The notes: generated from the sequence alone by a model not told the origin. Positions 26,598 to 35,587 are shown, counted from the first letter of the stretch. The stretch: DNA of 64,000 nucleotides from an uncultured Candidatus Saccharibacteria bacterium (GCA_964462215.1 CAYWVZ010000001.1:26128-90127); one strand, 5' to 3'. Translations and numbers: made by a program.

Positions 26598-26861
26598 AAA
26601 GCATATCCAGTTTTAAGCATCGGTCATGGAACGCGGTCAACTTTTTTCCTGCTGGGTTGCCATAGGGCTGACTGGTCAGTTTTGGAACCACCTAACAGAG
26701 GCCGAAAGTAAGAATCAGCTAGTTACAACAGTTCCAACATCCACACTACATAATCCATATTTAGGGAAACAGGACTCGAAACGGATAACAGATAAGGGGT
26801 GATTTAAGTAAATAGAAAAGACCGGTCTAGGAAACCGGTCTACCTCTGTTAGTGCTTGGTT
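26598..26861 (-). repeat. junction unit C (native downstream flank of tRNA-Asn, template of units A/B)
   Basis: Same architecture as unit B: secondary decayed copy at 26621-26661, conserved GTTCCAACATCCACACTACATAAT block, hairpin at 26819-26841. Confidence 0.8.
26811..26841 (-). terminator. rho-independent terminator of tRNA-Asn
   Basis: On the minus strand the arms AGACCGGT and ACCGGTCT pair (8 bp, 7-nt loop), followed by CTTTTCTATTT. Confidence 0.65.
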
Positions 26862-26936
26862 TGGCTCCGGGGAGAGGATTCGAACCTCCGACCTGGGGAT
26901 TAACAGTCCCTCGCTCTACCACTGAGCTACCCCGGA
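26862..26936 (-). tRNA. tRNA-Asn (anticodon GTT), CCA encoded
   Basis: Reverse complement: TCCGGGG TA GCTC AGTGGTA GAGC G AGGGA CTGTTAA TCCCC AGGTC GGAGG TTCGAAT CCTCT CCCCGGA G CCA. 75 nt, cloverleaf folds by hand. Confidence 0.9.
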
Positions 26937-27021
26937 TTATCCTATAATTATAGTACGTCAAAGACTGACAAATTATAGCTTGCTTAAGAAGTTAAGGCAA
27001 CCCACTGTCGACATATCCGCG

Positions 27022-28632
27022 TCAGGCCAATGTAACAATTCTGGCTTCGCGGGGCTGCAGGACGGTTGGATTATGGCTATCAGGTGCGAACGTAGCGGTC
27101 GACAGCAGGGTTGTACCGTGCACCGGGCTGGTTGTCAGGTCAATCGATTCGCCGGAAAAGTTAATTATAATCGCTAGCCTCTCGGCTTTGTGTTCGCGTA
27201 CAAAACAAAACACCTCAGGATGAATATCCAAAGACCGGTAGCTGCCATACCGTAAGGCGTCAGAGGTATTGCGCAGGCGGATCATTTGCCGATACAGGTT
27301 GAGCATAGAATGCGGGTCGGTTGTCTGCGTGGCAATATTCCTTTCGGCGAAGCCAGGGTCAACCGGCAGCCAGGGTGTATGAGAAGAGAAACCGGCGTTC
27401 GGCTGATTATTCCAAAGCAATGGTGTGCGCTGCGGGTCGCGGCCCAGGCCTTTGCCAGGTATATTTCTTTCCAGAGAGTCTTTAACTTCATTAGGCGGCA
27501 TAACAACATCGACCATGCCCAGTTCGTCACCGTAATATATGTTTGGCATACCCGGTAAGCTTAGTAATAATATCGCGGCCTCGCGGGCAGATTCAGGCCC
27601 GAGCCGGGTAGCCAGGCGCGAACGGTCATGGTTGCCCAGGCTGTACACCGGTATGTAGCCCGGCTTGAGGGCTCCTTGGAAACGGTCAATAAACGCCTTA
27701 AAATCAGCAGCTTTCCAGGGCGCGAAAATCCCTTCGAAATTGAACGGCGCACAGACTGTCGGGTCAACCTGTTCGTAAAACTTAAGGTAAGACGCGGTAT
27801 TGTTCCAGTGATCGGGGTAGGCTTCGGTAATCATGAACCGGTCGGGGTAACTCCCCACTACTTCGGCCATTTCCTGTAAATACTCATACAGATGAGGCCC
27901 TTCCCGGCTGTACAGGTGGTCAAACCTATCATACGGGCTGGCCGGGTTGGACGGTTCGCGTTCCAGCGGGTCATCCCTGAACAACCTGTCTTTGGACAGC
28001 CAATACACGGCGTCAACCCGCAGGCCGTCAACCCCCAAATCCAGCCAGAAGCGCATGACCTGCTGCATGGCTTTCCGTACCTCGGGGTTGTCCCAGTTGA
28101 GGTCGGGCTGTCTATCCAGAAAGCTATGCAGATAATACTGGTTGGTGTGGGGGTCGAGTTCCCAGGCGGAGCCGCCAAACGCACTTTGCCAATTATTGGG
28201 CGCCGACCCGTCCGGTTTGGGTTTACGCCAAATATACCAATCGCGCTTGGGGTTGTCCAGGCTGGCGCGGGCTTCCTTGAACCAAGGGTGCTGGTCAGAG
28301 GAGTGGTTTGGGACGAAATCAATAATCAGTTTCATTCCCCGCTTGTGGGTGGCCGCAACTAAATCCTTAAAGTCATCGAGCGTTCCAAAAACTGGGTCAA
28401 CCTGGCAGTAGTCTGCTACGTCGTAGCCAAAATCGGCCATTGGCGATGGGTAGAACGGTGACAACCAAATGGCATTTACTCCCAGCGAACCAGCCGTGCC
28501 GTTTAGGTAATCCAATTTGGTAATAATACCTTTTAGGTCACCAATGCCGTCATTGTTTGTATCATAAAAACTGCGCGGGTATATCTGGTATATAACAGCA
28601 CTCTGGAACCAGTGGTTAGGCGGTACCGGCAT
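27022..28632 (-). CDS. GH13 alpha-glucosidase / oligo-1,6-glucosidase-type enzyme
   Basis: 536 aa. WWQSAVIYQIYPRSF-type N-terminus, DFVPNHSS, GVDGLRVDAV, ITEAY, LGNHD (GH13 conserved regions). Confidence 0.9.
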   Translation of the reverse strand: MPVPPNHWFQSAVIYQIYPRSFYDTNNDGIGDLKGIITKLDYLNGTAGSLGVNAIWLSPFYPSPMADFGYDVADYCQVDPVFGTLDDFKDLVAATHKRGMKLIIDFVPNHSSDQHPWFKEARASLDNPKRDWYIWRKPKPDGSAPNNWQSAFGGSAWELDPHTNQYYLHSFLDRQPDLNWDNPEVRKAMQQVMRFWLDLGVDGLRVDAVYWLSKDRLFRDDPLEREPSNPASPYDRFDHLYSREGPHLYEYLQEMAEVVGSYPDRFMITEAYPDHWNNTASYLKFYEQVDPTVCAPFNFEGIFAPWKAADFKAFIDRFQGALKPGYIPVYSLGNHDRSRLATRLGPESAREAAILLLSLPGMPNIYYGDELGMVDVVMPPNEVKDSLERNIPGKGLGRDPQRTPLLWNNQPNAGFSSHTPWLPVDPGFAERNIATQTTDPHSMLNLYRQMIRLRNTSDALRYGSYRSLDIHPEVFCFVREHKAERLAIIINFSGESIDLTTSPVHGTTLLSTATFAPDSHNPTVLQPREARIVTLA

Positions 28633-28666
28633 TACCCACCATAATAGCAGCTTCGGGTTGACGGGG

Positions 28667-29680
28667 CTATTCCTTGCTGTGTTTCCGGATAATTGCCAGC
28701 AGGCGATTAACGGACTTGCGGCGAGTGAACTTTTGCGATGCCTGCTCCCTGACCTTGTCGGGTACCGGACCCATCTTGGCGGCTCGGACGATAGTCTCGG
28801 CCAAAGCGAGCGAGCTGCCCGGCTTAAATAGTAGCAGGCTGCCGCAATTAGTCTCGGGCAGGCCGCCGTCGTTACTGGCTATTACCCGGCAGCCGGCGTG
28901 CTGGGCTTCGATAGACAACATGCCAAAGGGTTCATGCCAGAAGTAATGGTTTGAAGGCATAACCACTATGTCTTGCTTAGCCAGCAGCTCGGCCATATCT
29001 TGCCTGCTGTGCTGGGCGTCAATCACTTTTAGCCAGGGGTGGTGCCGCAGGAACTTTTCGAGCATTCTGCCGTCTTTTGTCTGCCGGCCGGCCGTAGTAA
29101 TAGTGAATTCGAAGCCGGTTCTGAGTATGTCGTGGTGTAATGATTCCAGAAATGTATATATGCCCTTTTCGGTGCTTAAGCGTCCGGCAAACAGCACGCG
29201 CTTTTTCTTGGTGGCTCTGCCCCGTTTGACGCTGGCAAAATGGGGGTCGGCAAAGGGGTTTAGGACCTCTATCGTGTTGCGGCTGACCCCTAAGTAGTCG
29301 GCCCATTCTTTTTGCATGAAGCGGCTGTTGGTGATCAATATGTTGGCCTTTGCGGCCTTAGCGTAATATTTTTTTGAAAATTCATACAGGGGCGGTACGT
29401 GCAACATGGCGTATGATTGCTGCGCGGTTACAGCGCTGTGCGGCCGGCTGACGTAGACTATAGTGCCCTTGAACTTCTTTAGTTCGTCCAGGCTCTTTAT
29501 ATCGTTAAAGACAATATCCGGGTAGTGCTTTCGGCCGTCATTTTTGCCAAGGCCAACGGTAATAATTTCAACAGGCACGCCCATACCCAGTAACTCATGG
29601 GCGTGTCCTATCGTGAAACTTTCCGAACCGCCACGTCCGGAATACAACGGTAGAGGGTCGGACCAAACAAAATAAAGCAT
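28667..29680 (-). CDS. GT4-family glycosyltransferase
   Basis: MLYFVWSD..GRGGSESF N-terminus; C-terminal EPFGMLSIEAQHAGCRVIASNDGGLPE (GT4 E-x7-E region). The start could also be 29722. Confidence 0.75.
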   Translation of the reverse strand: MLYFVWSDPLPLYSGRGGSESFTIGHAHELLGMGVPVEIITVGLGKNDGRKHYPDIVFNDIKSLDELKKFKGTIVYVSRPHSAVTAQQSYAMLHVPPLYEFSKKYYAKAAKANILITNSRFMQKEWADYLGVSRNTIEVLNPFADPHFASVKRGRATKKKRVLFAGRLSTEKGIYTFLESLHHDILRTGFEFTITTAGRQTKDGRMLEKFLRHHPWLKVIDAQHSRQDMAELLAKQDIVVMPSNHYFWHEPFGMLSIEAQHAGCRVIASNDGGLPETNCGSLLLFKPGSSLALAETIVRAAKMGPVPDKVREQASQKFTRRKSVNRLLAIIRKHSKE

Positions 29681-29776
29681 AAAATCGGCTTGTGCTGCCA
29701 CCCCTTTCTTCCCATATCTCATTATACGACACCATACCTTTTTAGCTATAAAACCCGGGGTTCTTCGTGATAAAAT

Positions 29777-30937
29777 TTAAGATAAATTTAATTTTTCGGT
29801 GGCGATGACGAACATAGCATGGGACCACGCCAGGGGAGTTATGCCCTGGCCTTGCCGCTCGTTATCTATAAAAAGCTGTTCCGGAATATGGTTATTGGGC
29901 AGTAATTTGGCCCGGTACAGGCTGTCGAGCCTCTCGATAGTCTGCTGGTAAATAGCCTGGGCTTCGGCTGTTTGGCCGGTTTCCTGAAGGGCTATGGCGT
30001 ACCAGAAGGTTAACAAGGGCCACCGCCCGGCCTCTCCCTCTTGTCCGTCAAGGCGGGTAATGCCGTCATATGTATCGCCTTCGTAACGAGCGACTCCGTT
30101 GGGCAGGCGGCACAGTTGGCGGCCGATTTCCTGCACTGTTCGATCCAGGCGTTGGTCTACTCCGCCGGTAGTCTCCCTTCTTTTAGCCGAAAAAGGAAAG
30201 ACGAGCCCCGCCAAACTGGCATCAAGGCTGTTGTCGGGGCGGCCAATGCCGCCGGCATCGATTTTACGAAGATAATACGGCAGTGTATGAGAGGCTAGCA
30301 CTTCCCTTATCTGCCGGGCGGACTGCAACCACTGGTCCCGTTCGGCCTCCAGCCCCTGGTCAGCCAGGTGCCGGGCGGCTCGTTCCAGGCCATGTGCGGC
30401 TGTAGCCGCTGTGTACGTAAAGACCTCTTGTTCGGCCGGGTTAGTTAGGCGGTTTTCCCATAAATCCTGGGTGGGCTCCCGAAAATGCGTGTTGTCCCAC
30501 TGCGCGGCTAAGCCGTTGGCCAGAAGCCGCATCACTTTATCCGTTTTTTGGTCGGGCGATTCGGTCGTTTCGCTGATTGCCCACAGAAGTGCCGCTGCCT
30601 GGTCGGGCTGGTATTCCGTGCCGTACCGCCGGTCGAGTGGACCGTTCGGGGAGTAGCGCTTGATAATCAGCCCGCTTGCGCTGAACCCCTGGCAACGCTC
30701 CAATAACCAGTCAAGATAGGCGTCGCGGATATCGGCAGCCTGAGGCAGGTCCAGGCGATGGGCTGCGTATATCTGAAAGGCTGCGTCGCGGCCCCAGGAA
30801 AAATAATAACTTTCGGCGGCGGCAGGATAGTCTTGCCGGCACGTATTGGCGGCCAAAATGGCCCCGTTTTCAAGAGCACAGTCTTTTAGTACCTCGCCGC
30901 TGCTGTTCCAAAGCTGTTCTACCCGAGAACTCTCCAT
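29777..30937 (-). CDS. GH15-family glycoside hydrolase (glucoamylase/glucodextranase-like catalytic (alpha/alpha)6 domain)
   Basis: 386 aa. YYFSWGRDAAF, DLWENR and PLAWSHAMF are typical GH15 motifs. Confidence 0.65.
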   Translation of the reverse strand: MESSRVEQLWNSSGEVLKDCALENGAILAANTCRQDYPAAAESYYFSWGRDAAFQIYAAHRLDLPQAADIRDAYLDWLLERCQGFSASGLIIKRYSPNGPLDRRYGTEYQPDQAAALLWAISETTESPDQKTDKVMRLLANGLAAQWDNTHFREPTQDLWENRLTNPAEQEVFTYTAATAAHGLERAARHLADQGLEAERDQWLQSARQIREVLASHTLPYYLRKIDAGGIGRPDNSLDASLAGLVFPFSAKRRETTGGVDQRLDRTVQEIGRQLCRLPNGVARYEGDTYDGITRLDGQEGEAGRWPLLTFWYAIALQETGQTAEAQAIYQQTIERLDSLYRAKLLPNNHIPEQLFIDNERQGQGITPLAWSHAMFVIATEKLNLS

Positions 30938-30976
30938 GAAAGCACTTAACCACTAAAACAGGCGTATGTCAAAGGG

Positions 30977-31432
30977 CTACGCCTTCAGGCGGGTTTGGGT
31001 TTCGCGCTCCTGGTCACGTTTTTTAATAGCCTGGCGTTTGTCGTAGTGCTTTTTGCCGCGGCCGACAGCAATGCGTAGTTTAATGTAGCGACCCTTAGTG
31101 AGGATATCGGTGGGGATAATACTTTGCCCCTGCTGTTTGGCGGCTATCAGGGCGTCGATCTCCCGTTTGCGAGCCAGCAATTTACGGCTTTGGGTTTGCT
31201 CGGTTTCGCTGAGCGCTGCGCCTGGGGCACCGGTAATGGTGGCGTTGAGCAGCCACAGTTCGCCGTCCTTGGCGACCACGTAGGCGCCGCGCAAGTGGCC
31301 GTGCCCCAGGCGCAGCGCCTTGGTTTCGCGGCCATTTAGGGCAATGCCCACGACTAACCCGTCACCCAGTTCGTAATCGAATCGGGCGCGGCGGTTGCGG
31401 ATGACACCGGCGGGTTGCTTCTTCTTAGCCAT
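30977..31432 (-). CDS. smpB: SsrA-binding protein SmpB
   Basis: 151 aa. NRRARFDYEL.., GRETKALR, and a C-terminal basic tail KKHYDKRQAIKKRDQERE. Confidence 0.9.
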   Translation of the reverse strand: MAKKKQPAGVIRNRRARFDYELGDGLVVGIALNGRETKALRLGHGHLRGAYVVAKDGELWLLNATITGAPGAALSETEQTQSRKLLARKREIDALIAAKQQGQSIIPTDILTKGRYIKLRIAVGRGKKHYDKRQAIKKRDQERETQTRLKA

Positions 31433-31511
31433 AACCTTTGTATTGTACTAGAGGTCAAGCATATTGACAAACATATATTAGCATTACATAAATTAATAGA
31501 ACTTACTGCTG

Positions 31512-32714
31512 TTAGTCGTCGTAATAGGTTTCGTACAAAGTGGTGTTCTGAACGTCTTGGATGTTGGCTTTGACGACGTTCCACAGGCTGGGGTCGTTGT
31601 GCCGGACTTTGCGCCAATACCACCACTCGCTGCCCCACAGGTCGATTGACTTCATGCCGGTCGCTTTACCGTAGTTTATGCGATCTTGCAGCCGCTTGGC
31701 GTTCATAGACTTGTTCTGTTCTTCAAGCGAAGAATCAACCATGTTGAGGTGTTCGGGCATCCAGGGCTCGGCCTGGAGTTCGTGGACGATCATGTTGCGG
31801 CCGGTCAAAAGCTCCTGGGCGCCGGCCAGAAAGCCGTAGAACCAGGCCGGAAAAGGATATTCGAAATAACGGTGCGTAAGGGTTTTGTCCCATACCCGTT
31901 TGTATATTGATATGCCAAACTCGTCAGGCAACGGTTTACCGATAGGCAGCCCGAGGGCGTTATTGCTGCGGCTAATAATAACCGGATGGAACGGGTCTTT
32001 GGCTTTGACGAAGTTAAACTCGTCAACCAAGCGGTCACGGCTGAAGTCCGGGCATTCGCCGAAGGCCCGCAAAAAGAACTCGTTTTCCAACTGGTAACTG
32101 TCGAGCGCCGAACTGTCTTTGTAGCGGTCAATCACGGCTCCCATGAAGTTTTGCAGTTGCGGCGACCATTCTTGCATAGGCCGGTCTTTGTACCATTCGG
32201 GCATGTGGCATTCCGGCCAGCGGGGCTGGCGCAAGCCGATTGCCAGCGAAACCTTAGCGCCGCTGTCTTCGGCCATTTGGAATTGCCAATCTAGCTCGTT
32301 AAAATCATACACGCCGGGCGCGACCTCAATATCATCCCAGTAGCTGACCAGGCGGAACTGGCGAATGCCCAGGTCGTTGATAAAAGCGCTAAAGGTTTCT
32401 TGCGGGTTGAGGCCGTAGTATTCCGCATACCGCGGCACGAACGTGGTGCCCAGCACTGGCGGCTGGTTGGCATGCTTGGCCATATACCAACGGGCGATGC
32501 CGTACATGCCGCCGATGGTCAGCAGCAGCGCAGTCGTACAGATAATCAGTAATTTTTGCCACCAGGCGCGCTCGCGCCACCAGTAACGCGGCCGTTCAAC
32601 GCGCAGCTTTTCCCAGTGGTGCAGCAGACGCGTCCGGTAGCGGGCTTCATTACTGCCCCAGTGCCGCTTATAAAAGGGTCGTAGTCTGGTAGTTTTTCTC
32701 TTTGACTTGGGCAT
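31512..32714 (-). CDS. membrane-anchored TIM-barrel glycoside hydrolase (GH5/GH42-like clan A)
   Basis: 400 aa. TM WWQKLLIICTTALLLTIGGMYGIA. YQLENEF (NE acid/base motif). HELQAEPW (nucleophile-region-like). Confidence 0.5.
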   Translation of the reverse strand: MPKSKRKTTRLRPFYKRHWGSNEARYRTRLLHHWEKLRVERPRYWWRERAWWQKLLIICTTALLLTIGGMYGIARWYMAKHANQPPVLGTTFVPRYAEYYGLNPQETFSAFINDLGIRQFRLVSYWDDIEVAPGVYDFNELDWQFQMAEDSGAKVSLAIGLRQPRWPECHMPEWYKDRPMQEWSPQLQNFMGAVIDRYKDSSALDSYQLENEFFLRAFGECPDFSRDRLVDEFNFVKAKDPFHPVIISRSNNALGLPIGKPLPDEFGISIYKRVWDKTLTHRYFEYPFPAWFYGFLAGAQELLTGRNMIVHELQAEPWMPEHLNMVDSSLEEQNKSMNAKRLQDRINYGKATGMKSIDLWGSEWWYWRKVRHNDPSLWNVVKANIQDVQNTTLYETYYDD

Positions 32715-32747
32715 TTGTTATTATGTAATCAACCTGTTTATGAAATT

Positions 32748-33596
32748 ATGACAAAAAAAGCATTAGCGATATCAATAGTTATACCAGTTTATAACGAAGA
32801 AAACCACTTAAAGGCTTGTTTGCAGGCGGTTGCCGCCCAAACCGTACCGCCGTTCGAGGTGCTGGTGGTGGACAATAATTCGACCGATAAAACCGTAGCC
32901 ATAGCCAAAAGTTTTCCGTTTGTGACGCTGTTGCACGAAAAGCGTCAAGGCGTGGTCTTTGCCCGTAATAAGGGCTTTAATGCTGCTACGGGCGACATTA
33001 TCGGCCGGATTGATGCCGATACGCTATTACAGCCTAACTGGGTGGCGCGCGTCCAAAGGGATTTTAGGCGGGATTCGCTGGCTGCCGTCACTGGCCCGGT
33101 TTCGCTGTATGATATGCCCTTCCCCGACAAGAATTACCGCGTTGACCACTTCTTCCGCCGCCGTTTGTTTGAATACGGCAAAAACTTCCCGTTTTTGTTC
33201 GGCACCAATATGGCGCTACGGCGGACGGCGTGGCAGGCTATTGCCCAAGAAGTTTGTATTACCGGCCACGATTTTCACGAAGATATCGACATCGCTATTC
33301 ACCTTGACTGGCGTGGCGCCGAGCTTTTGTATGACGAGCAGTTGCTGGCCGGTATGTCATCGCGCCGCTATGACGACTCGCTGATTGATTTTATCGAGTA
33401 CAGCCGGCTAATGAAACGGACATACGACAAGCATGGTATCGAAAGCCTGGCGCCAGACATTGCCACCAGTATTTACATGGTTGGCTATTTTGTGTTGTGG
33501 CCGCTGCGCCGCTCGTATGACGAAACCACCAAGAAGCGGTCGCTACTGACTCTGCTGCAGGGCGGTAATGCCGCCCGCCGCAACCCTATGGGCTAG
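32748..33596 (+). CDS. GT2-family glycosyltransferase
   Basis: ATG 32748. ISIVIPVYNEENHL..., VVDNNSTDKT, GRIDADT (DxD). Confidence 0.8.
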   Translation: MTKKALAISIVIPVYNEENHLKACLQAVAAQTVPPFEVLVVDNNSTDKTVAIAKSFPFVTLLHEKRQGVVFARNKGFNAATGDIIGRIDADTLLQPNWVARVQRDFRRDSLAAVTGPVSLYDMPFPDKNYRVDHFFRRRLFEYGKNFPFLFGTNMALRRTAWQAIAQEVCITGHDFHEDIDIAIHLDWRGAELLYDEQLLAGMSSRRYDDSLIDFIEYSRLMKRTYDKHGIESLAPDIATSIYMVGYFVLWPLRRSYDETTKKRSLLTLLQGGNAARRNPMG

Positions 33597-34167
33597 CCGG
33601 CCCGGCGTCGTTGGAGCTGTAGCCGCCGTATTGGTTGAGCTGGGGCTGGCAGGCTGCCCACAAGCCGCGGTTATGCTCACGGGCCTTATTCTGTAATTGC
33701 TTGAATTCTTCCATTTTGCTGAACGGAAAGCCGGTGTAGGCAAAGCCGTAGCCCTCGCGGATGAGGACGGCATTAACAAGCGTGTTATCGGGCAGATACA
33801 CGTAGCGCAGCAGCCGGTTGTAACGGTCGCGGTTGGTATTGAGCTGGTCGGATTCCAGGCGCACCGGCTGCTGGCCGATGAGCTGCTTGGTAAAGGCCGA
33901 AGCCGCCTTACCAAAACACTGCACGGCTTTGCGCGGGTCTTTGGTTTCGGGCGTATCCACGCCGATGAAGCGGATTTCTTCCTCGGTGCCGTTCATGTCG
34001 ACCACGATGGTATCGCCGTCGTCAAACTGGGTGATGCGGTACAGCCCGGGCTGGTTTTGCTGCAAGGCGGCGTTACGCGGTGCGTAGCGCAATAAAAGCG
34101 GAATAATGACCACCACTAGTGTGGCCGTGCCAACTGCAATAGTTTGTTTGTTGAGCCGCCTAAACAC
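33586..34167 (-). CDS. thermonuclease (staphylococcal nuclease/SNase family), membrane-anchored
   Basis: GTG start. TM IAVGTATLVVVIIPLLL. GDTIVV...IRFIGVDTPE...DRYNRLLRYVY...LIREGYG. Confidence 0.8.
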   Translation of the reverse strand: MFRRLNKQTIAVGTATLVVVIIPLLLRYAPRNAALQQNQPGLYRITQFDDGDTIVVDMNGTEEEIRFIGVDTPETKDPRKAVQCFGKAASAFTKQLIGQQPVRLESDQLNTNRDRYNRLLRYVYLPDNTLVNAVLIREGYGFAYTGFPFSKMEEFKQLQNKAREHNRGLWAACQPQLNQYGGYSSNDAGPASP

Positions 34168-34219
34168 GTATTCAGCTTAAGCGGAACAACCACCAACTGC
34201 CAACAAACTTAATCAGTAG

Positions 34220-34789
34220 TTAATAATCGATGCCTTTGTTGGCCAGGTATTTTTCGTCAAAATGGTGCTTGATCTTGGTCATGTTGGTGGCAATGTCGGT
34301 GAGCGGCAACAATTCTTCCGGGAAGTTGCGGCCGGTCAGGCATAAACTGGTGTTTGGCGCCCTGTCTTTGATGAGCTTTTTCATCTTGGCAACACTGAGC
34401 AGGCCGTTGTTGACGGCATTGTTGATCTCGTCGCAAATAACCAGGTCGAAATTGCCGCTGGTGACGGCCTGGTAGGCTTCGTCGTAGGTTTCGCGGGCGG
34501 CCTGTTTGTGTTCGGCTTCGCTGATACCCTTGGCGCTCAGGTCGCCGGCATTATAAAAACCCTTACCGCCTTTATAAAAGTACAGTTTGTCACCGAACAA
34601 CGGCTGGATTTTGGTGATGAAGCGGTGCTCGCCGACTTCCCAGTGCTTGATAAATTGGATAAAAGCAACTTTCCAGTCGGTGCCGAGGCTGCGGGTCATC
34701 AGCCCCATGCTGGCGCTGGTTTTGCCCTTGCCCTCACCGGTATAGACAATAACTACCGCCTTTTTTTGTTTGTAATCCTCAAACGCCAT
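34220..34789 (-). CDS. cob(I)yrinic acid a,c-diamide adenosyltransferase (CobO/BtuR type)
   Basis: ATG 34789. VIVYTGEGKGKTSASMGLMTRSLG (P-loop), VAFIQFIK, LVICDEIN, TGRNFPEEL. Confidence 0.8.
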   Translation of the reverse strand: MAFEDYKQKKAVVIVYTGEGKGKTSASMGLMTRSLGTDWKVAFIQFIKHWEVGEHRFITKIQPLFGDKLYFYKGGKGFYNAGDLSAKGISEAEHKQAARETYDEAYQAVTSGNFDLVICDEINNAVNNGLLSVAKMKKLIKDRAPNTSLCLTGRNFPEELLPLTDIATNMTKIKHHFDEKYLANKGIDY

Positions 34790-34811
34790 ATATCTAGTGT
34801 AGCGTAAAAAA

Positions 34812-35228
34812 TCAGGAAGCCATAGAGCCGGGCCGGGTGTCTTCTGGCGGTGCGGACAGCACCGCCAGATCCTCAAGCAGTAAGCGCACTAAAGTGGTGC
34901 GGCGAACACGAAAAGCAGTACTTATCTGTTCATCGTACGTGGCGTTCTCTCTGCGCAGCGACAGTATTTGCAAGACAGGGTCACGATCTAACAATTCTTC
35001 TACGGAATCGTCATACATAGCACGATTGTTTTCCAGCAGGTTCTTTACCTGCGGTTCATTTTGTACAAGCTCCGGTGGATATGGTTCGGCTATAATGGCG
35101 TGTCCCCGGAGGTCTCCGGATTGGTGGACTGCAATCGCTTGGGCTAGTTCGTATGGCAATAGAGCAATGATCTCTTCGAAAGAGTACTCGTGTGACATTT
35201 CGTGTTGACCATAAAACTCCCCTGCCAT
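34812..35228 (-). CDS. hypothetical protein
   Basis: 139 aa from ATG 35228 (a longer form would overlap the glutaredoxin gene). No motif recognised. Confidence 0.4.
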   Translation of the reverse strand: MAGEFYGQHEMSHEYSFEEIIALLPYELAQAIAVHQSGDLRGHAIIAEPYPPELVQNEPQVKNLLENNRAMYDDSVEELLDRDPVLQILSLRRENATYDEQISTAFRVRRTTLVRLLLEDLAVLSAPPEDTRPGSMAS

Positions 35229-35271
35229 GGCTATATTATACCACTTTCTATCAGAGGAGCGCCAGGGGTTT

Positions 35272-35520
35272 TTAGGCTTGCAGCGCGGCGTCGATTCTGG
35301 GGCGGTCGAAACCGACAATAATATCGCTACCGATTTCGAGTACCGGAATACCCATTTGGCCGGATTTGGTGACCATCTCCTGGGCGAAGCTGCGGTCTTG
35401 TTCGACGTCTTTTTCGGTGTATTTTATGCCTTTTTTGTCGAGGTACTCTTTGGCGGCGCGGCAAAAGGCGCACCACGGCGCGGTGTAGATAGTAACGAGG
35501 GGATTGTTGGCGGTGGGCAT
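35272..35520 (-). CDS. glutaredoxin-like protein (CxxC thioredoxin fold, NrdH/Grx type)
   Basis: 82 aa. VTIYTAPWCAFCRAAKEYLDKKGIKYTEKDV ... GIPVLEI. Confidence 0.8.
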   Translation of the reverse strand: MPTANNPLVTIYTAPWCAFCRAAKEYLDKKGIKYTEKDVEQDRSFAQEMVTKSGQMGIPVLEIGSDIIVGFDRPRIDAALQA

Positions 35521-35557
35521 GCCTATAGTATACCACAGGCGGCGGCCTAAAAACTGG

Positions 35558-35587
35558 TTGCAGCAACTACCCGACTACTGTTATAAT
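35558..35587 (+). promoter_or_regulatory. sigma70-like promoter candidate for the atp operon
   Basis: TTGCAG (35558-35563), 18-nt spacer, TATAAT (35582-35587); about 80 nt upstream of atpB. Confidence 0.4.

Larger units (their letters stand above)
6009..26861. mobile_element. composite AT-rich genomic island integrated at the 3' end of tRNA-Asn, partitioned by att-like direct repeats
   Basis: Visible drop in GC between about 6.0 and 26.9 kb. Bounded by tRNA-Asn (26862-26936) and a distal copy of its 3' end (6039-6054). Internal copies sit at 6898-6913, about 9820-9839, 23942-23959 and 25333-25350. Cargo is of mobile/defence type. Confidence 0.8.

Noticed and set aside
6009-26936. The recurring repeat units as a CRISPR array.
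   Set aside because: The repeats are 0.8-14 kb apart, are separated by full-length genes, vary in length, and include a tRNA end. No short regular repeat-spacer periodicity exists anywhere in the window.
27858-28362. 154-156-aa ORFs on both strands inside the GH13 gene.
   Set aside because: They are fully nested in a 536-aa ORF that carries all GH13 conserved regions, so they are GC-driven shadow frames.
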